Shown here: in pieces, positions 1 to 11,876 of the stretch
Layout: each line of letters opens with the position of its first letter
Numbering within the stretch: position 1 is the first letter of the stretch
DNA from: Cycas panzhihuaensis
Lineage: Eukaryota > Plantae > Cycadophyta
Reading direction: 5' to 3'
Assembly: GCA_023213395.1 (NCBI GenBank)
Contig: CM041465.1
Span: 163,129,741 to 163,193,740 of the forward strand
DNA: 64,000 nucleotides
The notes under the pieces: model-generated
The model's input: only the letters and a program-made list of their open reading frames with translations
What the model was told of the DNA's origin: nothing
Databases searched by the model: none
Made by a program: the position numbers and the translations under genes

Positions 1-3000
1 CTAATTAGCTAGCTTATCTGTAGCCCCATTTGCCTCCCTGTAAGTATGTTTTACCTAGACATTCTTCCATCTCTTTAAGGTATCCTATATATCTCTAATC
101 AATGTGGCTAGTTTCCAATATGGCTTTGTCATCCCTTTGAGCATATTAATAACATTTAAGGAATCCCCTTCTATGATCAACTTCTTACACCTTAGCTCAC
201 TATCCAAGTCTATGGCTTTCTGCATAGCTACCATTTTAGCTATGTGGATAGTCTATTGACTATAGTAATTTGCCAAAGCCCACTTAACTTCCCCTCTAGA
301 GTTTTTATAGATACCCCCTTCTCTAACCTCCCTAGGGTTTCCTTTAGTTGTGCCATCAAAAGTTATTTTCACCAATGTTTCCATAGGTAGAATCCAATGA
401 TAGTCTTTCCTCAAATCCCTAGATATTCTAGGCCTTATCCCCCTTCTCTCCATTATGGTTCTTTCATAATCTAGGATAAATTTCTCCTCTTTAGGTTTAG
501 TAGTTTCCCCTATTCCAACCTTGATAATTCTAAAAGTGCTCTATTCATCCCTCTGCCTATCTTGAAGTATCCTCCTATTTCTCTCCTTCTATAGATTCCA
601 CATTATGATAAGCAAAGATATTCGCCACATATGAGCTAATGTTCTACTCTTAAAGGGATTAGTCCAAGCCAACAACTGGTCCTTGAGGGTTTCAACAGTC
701 ACCCACTAAACATCAAATTGAGCCCATATCATCTTCCACACCCTTCTAGAATATGAGTAATAAAGGAGTATATAATTTATCAACTCCTCATCCTCCCGGT
801 AAAGCACTCACCAGTTTGCCATAGTAAAGCCCCTCCTCCTCAAGTTATCCACCATTAGGATCTTATTCCTTAGGCACAACCATCAAAATATTGCTATCTT
901 AGGGGTCAGGCCTATTTTCCATACCCCATCTAGGAGTGGGTATTTTCGATCCCCTCTTTCTTAATATAAAAATAGGTATCCCCATTTTGCTAAGTAATCT
1001 CTAGAAGGGTTTAAAGGCCATACCATTGAGTCCTCTTCTACTCTTCTTAGAATATAACATTGGCTAATTACCTTTTTTAAAGTTTTTATTTAGTCTTGGA
1101 CCATTTGCTCTCCTTGGAGCTCATGAAAGTCCCTCCGCCTAATGATCCGATCCTGGATCACCCAATAGTCCATAACCTTTGTATCATAGGTCCTCTTGTA
1201 AGGACCCTAAAGGGGACCTACTTTGGGCCTCCCCTTAAGCTGCAAGTCACCACACCATGCGTCCTCCCAAAAGTTTATAGTATTACCATCCCTTAGCTTC
1301 CACTGCACTCTTATGTCAAGCATCCACCTCAAATGAAACACACTCCTCCAAATTGATAATCCATAGGGAGTTAGAGAGTTGTCATTTAAGAAATGCTCCC
1401 TTTGGAGATACTTATGGGACAAGATTCTATCCCATAAACCCCCTCCTTTCTTAGCCAGGTGCCAACTAAGCTTAGCCACTAGAACTCTGTTAAAAGAATC
1501 TAATCTCTAGAGATTTGAGCCACCCACCCATTTGGGATGGAACACTTTCTCCCAGTCCACTAGGTGAATTCTATCCTTTTGCTCCATCCCAAACTAGAGG
1601 AAACACTTCTAAATAAATTCTAGGATAGACCTGGCTTTGAAGAGGATCTTGAAAATGGATATCATTGAGACCATAATACTCTGTAAAGAAGCAACAACCA
1701 GCTAAATCATACCAACTTGATTAAGTAAGGAACCCTTCCAACCAACTATCTTCCTTTGCGTCTTGTCAATTATGGGATTCCATAATTCCTTTAACATCTT
1801 TCCAGTGAACAAAGGTGTACCCAAGTAGGTCATTGGGAGTTTGCAGATCAACATCTTGAGAATCCTATTAATCTTCTTTTGAACCCTTTCCTTAGTGTTT
1901 GCAAAGAAGATATTGCTTATGTTTAGATTTACCCATTGATTGGTGGCTCTCTCAAACTTATCCAAGCCTTATTTAAACATCCATGCTTCCCTCAAAGTAG
2001 CCTTACCCAAGAATATGTTATTATTGATGAATTGATGATGAATGATATTCTCAATACCTAATGTAGGCCTAATCCCTATGACCAACCTTAGTCTCCTAAC
2101 CATCTCAGTTGCCCTACCCAACATCTCAACTTGGATTATAAAAAGATAAGGGGAGATAGGATCTCCCAGTCTCAACCCTCTGGATCTTAGGAAAAAACTT
2201 GTTGAGATACTGTTAATAAGGATTCAGTATTAAGGATTTGTTATACATGAATCCATCCAATCTCTTCATTTTCTACCAAAGCCAAAGGCTTTTAAGCATT
2301 CCAATAAGTAGCTCCAGGAAACTCTATCATATGCTTTAGATAGGTTAATTTTAATTATCATGCTTAGCTTATTCCTTTGGTAGGCTAAATAAACTATTTT
2401 ATGGATGATAATTATGCCATCAGTGATTTACCTACCCTTCACAAGGCCATCTTGGTTAGGGGAAATAATCCTAGGGAGGACCACCTTGAGTCTACTAGCC
2501 AGTACTTTGGTCATAATTTTATATTTTATATTGCACAAACTAATTGGTTGAAAGTCCTCCATTCTTATTGCTCCTTCCTTCTTTGGGATCAACACGAGGA
2601 AGGTGGCTTGCCATTCCCCTAATAGCTTCTAATTCTCATGAAACTCCCCCATTACCTTCATGAGATCCTCCTTGATTATGTCCTAGTATTCCTAAAAAAA
2701 GCTTGGGGGGAAGCCATTCGATCCAGGCACTTTATTGTTCTTCATTTTGAATACTGCTCTTCGAATTTCCTCTATAGTGAATGAGGTCATAAGCATTCTA
2801 TTCTGATCCTCATTCACCAAGCCAAGGATAACATTCAAAAACTCCTTTTTAGCCTCCTTGTCTTGACATCTCAGCTTAGTAAGCAGCTCTTTAAAGTAAT
2901 CTGTTACCATATTTTTCATATCATCCACTTTATTAATTTCCTATCATTCTCTATTATGCAACTTGCTTATCCTATTACTAGCTCTATGTTTCACTGCTGT

Positions 3001-3901
3001 CATATGAAAATTTTTTGTGTTTCTATCCCCTTCGACCAATTAGAGGGCCCTAGATTTTTTCCTTTAGTGTATCTCCTCCTTAACCAAGACGTCCTCCTAG
3101 TTTTTAATGAGGTCTCTCTCTATCTAATTCAACACCTGGGACATGCCTTCCTCTTGGATCCTAGCCTCAACTACTTTTATCTTCTTATGTAATTGGTTCT
3201 TAACTTCAAAAATATTTCCATAAACCTCTTTGTTCCACTCTTTCACCCTTCTTTTAACCCAGTCTAATTTCTTTGAGAACCTATACATGGCACATCCAGT
3301 TATTGATACTTTCCACCATTCCTCAATCAACTCCCTAAGATTTAGGTGTTTTGTCCACATCAATTCAAACTTGAATGGCAACCCCACTTGCTTCTGAGTA
3401 TCAAAGAATTCAAACAAAAGAGGAGAATAATCTGACATCATCTTTAGGAGGGCTTCCAACCTGAAGTTATTATGACAACTAGTCCAGGCATAATTGATTA
3501 ACATTCTGTCTGATCTCACATGTATATGATGGTTTCCAATCTTCTTATTTGTCTAAGTATATTTATCCCCTTTAAGGGGGACGTCCATTAGTCTCCCTCT
3601 CTACAAGAAGGTGCCCAAATCACTCATACTACTCATCCAATCTTTGTGGCTTTCTTTCTTCTCTCTAGGAGATAGGGTAGTGTTAAAATCTCCTATGACC
3701 AACCATTGTCCTTCCCACTCCTTGTGCTCCTTTAGGATCTTATCCCAAAGAGTCCTCCTACCTTTTGCTTGGGTAGGGGCATAGATATTTGTGGCCATCC
3801 ACCTTACATTCATCCTCTTGCATGCGACCCAAGTGGATATGTAATGCTCTTCCATCCTATATATCTCTTTGTGCCACTCCTTTAGGTTCCATATAACTGC
3901 T
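1..3901 (-). pseudogene. L1-A ORF2, 3' part (APE C-terminal half, RT, zf-RVT, RNase H), many stops
   Basis: ORF track 3601-3855, 3124-3519, 2692-2928, 1969-2175, 1702-1965, 1207-1479 and 253-453 fall in canonical plant L1 ORF2 order. Confidence 0.92.
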
Positions 3902-4109
3902 TATAAAAGGTAATGTTTTACCTTAGGTTATAATATTTAATGTAAGGGTCATGTACCACTTTCTCCTCTTTTCTTAAGTTGACAAGTGGCATTACATAGT
4001 TGAGCGATTGCCATATGTACCCACCTTGTACTTGTATATATATGTAATGAATCATCAATAAAAAATACATTGAGACAGTGAATTTATTCCTCATCAAGGA
4101 TTTGTTACA
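3902..4109 (+). repeat. Copia-1 5' LTR (TG decayed to TA)
   Basis: Direct repeat of 8947-9150, ends ...TTGTTACA and is followed by the PBS. Confidence 0.95.
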
Positions 4110-4121
4110 TGGTATCAGAGC
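4110..4121 (+). promoter_or_regulatory. Primer-binding site, tRNA-iMet type
   Basis: TGGTATCAGAGC immediately after the LTR terminal CA. Confidence 0.95.
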
Positions 4122-4808
4122 AAGCTCTTAGGTCCTCCTGCCTGTGAAGAAGCAAATTTAGGCTTCATTAAAAGGAGAAGAGGAATACTGGAGACAAACT
4201 GTTATTATAAGAATCTATTGTGTGAAGACAAAATTATCCAAGCGAGTTTGAAAGAAGAATCGTACAGATTTGTACGATTATACGAACTTGTACGGATGCC
4301 AAAAATTAAAGTTAATAGAATTCGACAAAACTCACCCAGATCGAAAATCAGAGCTTCCTCTACATCTTTCTCTTCTGCGACAACATCATTCAGAGTTATT
4401 TCGACCTAGTTTCAGGCCAAAATATAGGCGCGTGGGTTTGGAGCCTTCTCTCAGTATTTTTTCAAAAAAATTTCAATCAAAATCCCTAGTACAAGTACTC
4501 AAATCTTTTCTCATCCCTAGACGAAGAATTTTAGTGATTACTTACATAGATTTGAGTTGATTTTTTTGGATTTTTTCTCAAAAATAATAAAAACCCTTGG
4601 GTGCAGGTTTACTTCTTCGTTTGGATTTTTCTCTTACATTTAAAGTTAATTCAAGAAAATAAACACATATTCGAACACCCATTTGCAAGTTCTTTCATTA
4701 AGACCAATTTCATTTCAATCTGTACAACTACAGTTCTGTACAAAATTCCGTACAGCAGGTCGTACATATAGTTAAATTTGGTTTGTTTGTTTCCAATCGC
4801 CCTTAATA

Positions 4809-7800
4809 ATGGCCTCCTCTACTGGTTCACTGAATGAAAGTGAGAAACTTACAGAAATAAATTTTAGTATCTGGAAAATTAAAATTGAAGGGTTATTGAG
4901 AGCAAAGCAAGCCTAGAAAATCACTATTGGTGCTAAAAAATATCCTGCTAATGCAATAGCCTTGACTAGTTGTGAGGAAAGGAGTAATGTTGCTATTTCA
5001 ATCCTCAAACTCTCGATTTTTAACTCATTATTAGTTTATGTAGATGGCCTAGAAGATGCAAATGAAATTTGGTAAGTTATGAATTCAATGTTTAGTAGAA
5101 AAAATGAAGCTAGAATTATGGCATTAAGAGAAGAGCTTTATAAGTTGAAAATGAGAGAGGGACAAACTGTGTCAGATTTCTTAACCAAGTTAACTAGCAT
5201 TAAAATTGTCCTTCTCACAGCAGGAGAGAAGTTAACGGACACAAAACTAATTCACCTGGTGCTCAATAAACTTCCAAAATCCTTTGATAACATGGTAAAT
5301 ATGTTGATAGGAGGAGGATATACAACCACAATATCTTTTGATACTCTGACGGGACATATGTATGCTCAAGAGCAAAGAAATCAAAGGTATAAAGAAGAGT
5401 TAGAAATTGAAGATGCACTCATTTCTAAACTTCAGATAGGAGGCAGAGGAAAAGGCCAATTTAATCCTAGATCAAGAGGAAGAATGCCAGCAAGTCATAG
5501 GGGACGTTGGATGGAAGGAAGAGGACGAGGAAGAATGATCAACAATCCACCTTCAAGATGCCATAGTATGTTTTAACTACAGAAAACCAAGTCACTTTTC
5601 AAGTAACTATAGAGATTTTGATGTTTGTTATCATTGTGGCTAAATAGGTCATTACCCCTATCAGTGCTACAAAAAATGTGCAAAAAGGAAAACATCAGGT
5701 ATTCAGAAGTTATAGCAAAGAAAAAGACATACCAGAAGAAGAGATTAAAACTATTTTTATTGTAGCCCTAGCAGAAAATACAAGTGCAACAGAGAACTGA
5801 TATATAGACTCAGGTGCCTCACATCATATGACAGGAGTCAAAGAATGGTTTAAAATCATCAAACCTTATGAATGCAACACATCTATTGAGCTAGGAGATA
5901 ATTTTCCCTTACACATAAGGGGAATAGGACAAATTGCCATATACATCGATGCAAAAATTCAACATATTGGCAATGTCTTTTTTGTACTTGGAATAAAAAA
6001 GAATCTCTTGTCAATTTCATAATTGAGTGATAAAAAGTTAAGAACAATATTTGATGAATAAGGATATTGTTATATCCTTGATATGAAAAGAAATGGGATA
6101 ATTATAGCTAAAGGAGAAAAATGTAATAGGTTGTATAAACTCCTATAATGCCTGACAAAGGCCCCACCAAAATGATTTCTGATGTAAAAGCTTTTACTGT
6201 AGATAGCACTGATAATAATGAAATTTAGCATTTGAAGTATGGTCATATTTCTCATGATAGGTTAGAAAGATTAAAAAAATATAATATGGTGAATGGTCTA
6301 CCAGATATCTCATTTAACCATTTTATATGTAAAAGTTGTATGATGAGAAAACAACATAGGACTCCATTTCAAAGAGTACCTGGCGCACACAATGCAAATT
6401 AGAATTAATATACACTGATCCATGTGGTCCATTTATACCCATCTCGACAAATGGATTAAGGTATGTCTTGACCTTCATTGATGATTTTTCTAAGAAAACT
6501 TGGGTGTACTTTCTATCTAGCAAATTAGAAACATTTGGATATTTCAAAGAATTTAAAGCTGTAAGTGAATTGGGAAGCAATCAAAGGATCAAATATGTTT
6601 GTTCCGATAGAGGTTGAGAGTTTATGTCCAATGAATTCATTCATTTATGCAAAATACATGGAATTCAAAGACAGTTCACAACTCCTTATACACCTCAATC
6701 TAATGGAGTTGCAAAAAAAATGAACAAAACAATTGTAGAAATGGCTCGTTGCATGCTAAATAATAAAGATTTAGCAAAGAAATATTAGGCAGAAGTTGTG
6801 CATACAACTACATATTTGATCAACAGAAGCCCTACTCAGTCCTTAGACAATATAACTCCTGAAGAAGCATGGTCAAGACACAAACTTGATATAAGCCATT
6901 TGAAAATATTTGGTTGCAAGGCTTATGTTCATATTCCAAATAAGAAAAGAGCTAAATTAGACAATAAAAGCATAGAATACATAATGGTTGGATATAGTAA
7001 CCATTCAAAGGCCTACATGTGCATGGATATAAAAATAGATAAGCTTTATATCAGTAGGGATGTAATCTTTGATGCGAAAAAGAAAAATATTAATACAATA
7101 GTATGGATCGATGAAGATCATTTGGATATATATCCTATCTAGTTGGAAGACAAGTCAAATATAACCTTAGAAAGAATTAAGAGAGGAGAAGATTCTTTAG
7201 AAAATGAGAATCCAGATAAGCAACTAACTAGTAGTTGCAACCTCGAGTCAGATAACAACTGTAATTCTAGAGATGAAGAAAAATTATTACAAAAATGCAC
7301 CTAAAAAAGAGTACCAAGGTGGTATCTTAAAACTCTTAAAGAAATAAAAGGAGATATATTTAAACATTGAACAAGATCATAGAAACCTCAGGCATTGTTT
7401 TGTTCCTTGAACCAAACTCTTATAAAGAAGCCAGTAGCTTCCAAAATTAGAGAATTGTAATGGATGCTAAAATTGAAGCCATACAAAAGAATAAGACATC
7501 TGACCTCGTCCCAATTCCAGAAGATAAACCTATTATAAACTGCAAATGGGTATATAAGATAAAAGAGAAGCCAAACAGAGAATTAGAAAAATACAAGGCT
7601 AGACTGGTAGCAAAAGGCTATACTCAAACAATAGGAATCAACTATGAAGAAACATTTTCACCAGTGGCAAAATTGAACACGGTAAGAATAGTGATTGTCC
7701 TTGTTGCTCAAAAGGGTTAGGAAATCTATCAAATGGACATCAAAAGTGCGTTCTTGAGTGGAGACCTACAGGAAGAGATGTATATATATCAACCAGAAGG

Positions 7801-8930
7801 ATACATAAAACTAGGACAAGAAAATATGGTTTGTAAATTGAAGAAGGCACTATATGGGCTTAAACAAGCTCCAAGAGCCTGGTATGCTAAATTAGATTCA
7901 TACTTAACAGAGAATAGCTTTCATCGATGTGAATCTGATCATAATCTGCATGTAAAAGGTAATTCAGGATCAATCTCCATTGTTGTAGTGTATATGGATG
8001 ACATGCTGATTACTGGAGATGATAAAAAATTCAATAGCATTCATCAAAGATAAGTTTGAAAAGGTATTTGAAATGATGGATTTGGGAATGTTGCATTATT
8101 ACCTTAGAATAGAAATTAAACAAAACAATTCTTCCATTATTCTCTCATAAACAAAGTATGTAAATAACTTATTGACCAAGTTTAGAATGGAAAATTGTAA
8201 TAGTGTCAGCACACCAACGAAAACAAGGGTCGTGTTAAATACAGAACAGGATGCAGCTTCAGTCGATGCCACACAATACAAATAACTGGTTGGAAGCTTA
8301 ATCTATCTCACAGCCACATGACTAGACATATCATATGATGTAGGGTTGATTTCCAGATTTATGGAAAATCCTAAAATCCCACATTAGAATACTATAAAAA
8401 GAATCTTGCGTTACTTGAAAGGAACCATGAATAGTGGCCTGAGATATAATAAAGAAAATAATACACAATTAATAGGTCTCTGTGATTCAGACTAGGCTGG
8501 AGACAAAATAGATAAAAAGTCAATGTCAGGGTACTTCTTCCTTGGAAAATCCTTGATCTCCTAGAGCAGTAAAAAATAGTCAACGGTTGTATTGTCCTTA
8601 ATAGAAGTAGAATACAAGTCAGCAGTCAACGCCACTTGTGAAGGAATATGGATTAGACAACTACTGAAAGAACTAGGAGAAGAATAAACAATGTCTACTC
8701 GAATATTTTGTGACAATCAAAGTACCATAAAAATGACGAAGAATATTATTTTACATACCAGAATAAAGCATATTAAGGTACATCATCATTTTATTAGAGA
8801 AAAGGTACAAAATATAGAAATTGAACTTTAGCATTATCCGTCAGAAGATTAGATTGCTGATATGCTCACTAAACCTCTTAGAAAAGAGAAATTCAGTGTC
8901 TTCAGAAACCTACTAGGGTTAAGATAGGTA
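4809..8930 (+). pseudogene. Copia-1 gag-pol pseudogene
   Basis: gag (ELYKLKMREG), protease DSGASHHMT (~5806-5833), integrase (NRSP, ISRDVIFD), RT (YKARLVAKGY, LYGLKQAPRAW, YMDDML), RNase H (CDNQS, ADMLTKPL); many stops and frameshifts. Confidence 0.93.
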
Positions 8931-8946
8931 AAACATTAAGAGGGGG

Positions 8947-9150
8947 TGTAAAAGGTAATGGTTTACTTTAAGTTATAATATTTAATGTGAGGGTCATGTA
9001 CCACTTTCTCCTCCTTTCTTAAGTTGACAAGTGGCATTACATGGTTGAGCGATTGCCATATGTACCCACCTTGTACTTGTATATATATATATAATCGTGA
9101 TAAAAATACATTAAGAGAGTGAATTTATTCCTCATCAAGGATTTGTTACA
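8947..9150 (+). repeat. Copia-1 3' LTR
   Basis: TGTAAAAGG...TTACA, preceded by the PPT and followed by TSD CTGCC. Confidence 0.95.
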
Positions 9151-9357
9151 CTGCCAAACCCCCTGACCCTAGGCATCCATCCATTTCTAACATATTTGCC
9201 TTCTTCCATATCTTATCTTTAACTCTTGCTCTATTTTCCTTAATTAGTTTGGTTTCCTACAAGAATAATATATCTAGTTTTATTCTCATGTAGAGGTCTT
9301 TCACAACTCTCTACTTAGAGGGAGCATTTATCCCTCTGATGTTCTAGAAGATAAACT

Positions 9358-10640
9358 TCATCTCTTCTTCCTGGTCCTCCAACTTTCCCCTCATTCTTCT
9401 TTCTGGGGTTCTCTGCCCTCCCCTCTAACCCTTAATCTTGGTCCCTCCTAACCTCCCTCCTTGAGAGTTCTCTGGCTTCCTTGGTCTATTTGCAATGCTA
9501 CCTCTCTCTCCTTTATCATCTTGAGAGTGGGCCTTTCCATCCTTCTGTTAGTTCCTACATTGGGGTCTTTATTTTGCCTAATACTGCTTTGGTCCTCCTA
9601 GAGGTCCTTGCCTTTAACCTTCTAGATCCTCGCAAGGCCTTGTGTAGCCTCTTGTGCTAAGACACTAGACTCCTCCTCTAGCCTTTCCTGGTCCTCTTGG
9701 GGTATGTCCTCCTCTTCCATCCAGAGTTCCTCCCCCTCCTTAAGAAGAGTATCATCATCTTCTAAATTAAGGTCAAGTCTTCTTTCTTTAGGCTTCTCTT
9801 GAGGGTTATCTTGTCCCTCTAGGTTCTGGGTCATCTCCAACTTATTCTTTTTAGTAGCTTGAGGCTCCTCTCCCTCCTACTTCCCCATATCATCCTTCCT
9901 TTCCCCTTGGTAGTTTTGTTGTAGGTGTCCAATTCTTCTATATATAGGGCACCTAATATTTTCCACTTCATAAAATAAGGGTTGCTCCTTACTCTATTCA
10001 TCGAATTCAATCCTCACACAATCCAAGAGAGGTTTATCATATCTAGCTAGTACATAAAATTTAGTGTTGATCAATTAACTTTTATTCTTAGTAGTTGAAT
10101 CAATGGCCAAGAGGGGACCAATAGCTTTTTCTATCCCCTTTATAATGTCAAAGTCCCATACTTGGAGAGGCATGCCTAGCATTTGCACCCAAATTGGAGC
10201 CTCTTTTATAACTGCCACTGTCAAATCAAAGTTTGGGTGCCATTTCTTTAGAATTAAGGCTTTTCACTTGATCACCTAAAGGGATTTCAAAAGAGTACTA
10301 ACCATATCCTCTTGGTTATCAAATTTAAATAAAGCACATCCCCTCATTAGGGCCATCACCTCTATCGAATTTCTAGTCTTCCATTTGGTTCTAATCTAGT
10401 TCCTTATAACATTAAGCCCAGGTCTAGGTCCTAAAAACCTACCCATAAGGTTGTTTTCCTAATGCTTTTCTGTCCTCTCCAAAATTTTCTTTGGTATAAG
10501 GATTATAATAGTCTGGTCTTGCCTGATGGGGGTTATATCACAAGTTTTAGGTTCCTCATTTCTAAAGGTCTCTAAGCAGGTCCTTCCTAGTGAGGTATTT
10601 TGACTCTGATAATGGGTCATAGTTCCTTTCTCCATTATGA
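9358..10640 (-). pseudogene. L1-A ORF1 remnant (DUF4283-like region, CCHC knuckle, acidic/basic tail)
   Basis: Manual translation gives PIWVQMLGMPLQVW and EQPLFYEVENIRCPIYRRIGHL. The acidic ORF 9622-9840 is in frame with the terminal TGA at 9360-9358. Confidence 0.8.
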
Positions 10641-11319
10641 TTTTAACTGGTTACAAAACCACACAACAATAAAACATCTCTTTCACATCTATAACTTATT
10701 AATAGTCTTAAAAGTCTCACCCAGATTGTAGAGTAGACAATTGGAATGTCTCCCTTCCCTTGCATTACCAGTTGACACAAGGGCAAATCTAGCCTTTAAT
10801 TTTCAAGCCAACTCCATCCTATCTTCAATTTGATAGGTCAAGTCCTTTTGTATAAGTCTTCATACACCAACAAACTCTTTGTGCCTCCTCTACATTCTCT
10901 CCTCCCACCTCACGACCCATCCTTTGCACGACTACTTGTAGATCCTCCTTTTGATAGGGGGAATATGTCTGTATTCCTTTAGTCTCTATTAGGTCCAACC
11001 TCTTATCTGCATTCTTGGCCTTCTCCTTCTAATAGGTTCCTCTCATTTCTCTCCTTATTCCTTTACTACTCCATAGCCATCAGGTGTTATCAAGCATTTT
11101 GCTTCGTGCAACCTCCCCTCTGCTTCCTTTCACTGTAGGCCCTCCATTCAGCTGGTATCTCCTCTAAGCAACTTCATGAGCACTACATTCTAATTGGGTC
11201 GCTTCACTACCCACTCACTCCTATTCGGATCCAATCTGAGGACCCTTATTATTGCTTGTTCTCCTCCATAACAAAAATCGCCGATAAAACCCTATGAGAG
11301 CGGCAGCTAAGAATTCATG

Positions 11320-11558
11320 ATGGAACCTTTGTTAATATGATTAGGAGCCACTAGTTATTATTTAGCAATGTCAGAGATGTAATATTTCCTTCTTTATCTA
11401 AGATTAGCAGCTTTGTTTGAGTTAGAGATTGAGTTCCCAACTTATGTTTTAAATAAGATATATGGAAAACATATCAAGGGCATAAGTAACTTCACTAACT
11501 TTTTTTTGGTATGTGATAGGGACCATAGAAGTGAGGGCTATGTTTCATCTACTTAGAT
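11320..11558 (-). pseudogene. Gypsy-A integrase C-terminal (GPY/F) remnant
   Basis: Reverse translation SPHFYGPYHI..KVSEVTYALD / FHISYLKHKLG. It continues the EFSEGDWVY segment at ~20350-20420 across Copia-2. Confidence 0.75.
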
Positions 11559-11876
11559 TGTTGGAATATATTACATACTAACTAATGTTTAATATGTGGA
11601 TATTATGTGCGAATAATGTATTAATGTAATATTATGTTGTGAGTTGATAAATATAAACTTGATAAAATATTGATGCACTTTAGATCTATAAATATAGATC
11701 TAATATCCATTGTATTATACAACATTAAGATTTGGGAAAAAAGTGATATAATATTATTTTAATGGGTTTTCACCCGAGAAGGTTTCCCACGTGTGTTCTT
11801 TGTGCATTCATTTTACTCAGATCTATTGTGTGTTAAAGATTCTTTTATCTTGTTTACATAGAAGTGTTTCCTAACA
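11559..11876 (+). repeat. Copia-2 5' LTR
   Basis: TGTTGGAATATA...CTAACA; direct repeat at 20027-20344. Confidence 0.93.

Larger units (their letters stand above)
3902..9150 (+). mobile_element. Copia-1: full-length degenerate Ty1/copia LTR retrotransposon
   Basis: LTRs 3902-4109 and 8947-9150; PBS TGGTATCAGAGC 4110-4121; PPT AAGAGGGGG 8938-8946; TSD CTGCT (3897-3901) / CTGCC (9151-9155); gag-PR-INT-RT-RH order. Confidence 0.96.
1..11310 (-). mobile_element. L1-A: near full-length degenerate L1-clade LINE (ORF1 + APE-RT-zf-RNase H ORF2), interrupted by Copia-1; 3' end lies left of the window
   Basis: Minus-strand ORF fragments show APE (NIYAP, WLVIGDFN, SDYSPL), RT (K.PG.NGF, GDPISPYLFI, YLGTPL) and RNase H (VKITFDG..KGNP). 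APE coding resumes at 9151-9361 after Copia-1. The ORF1 zinc-knuckle remnant is at ~9925-9990. The 5' boundary is approximate. Confidence 0.93.
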
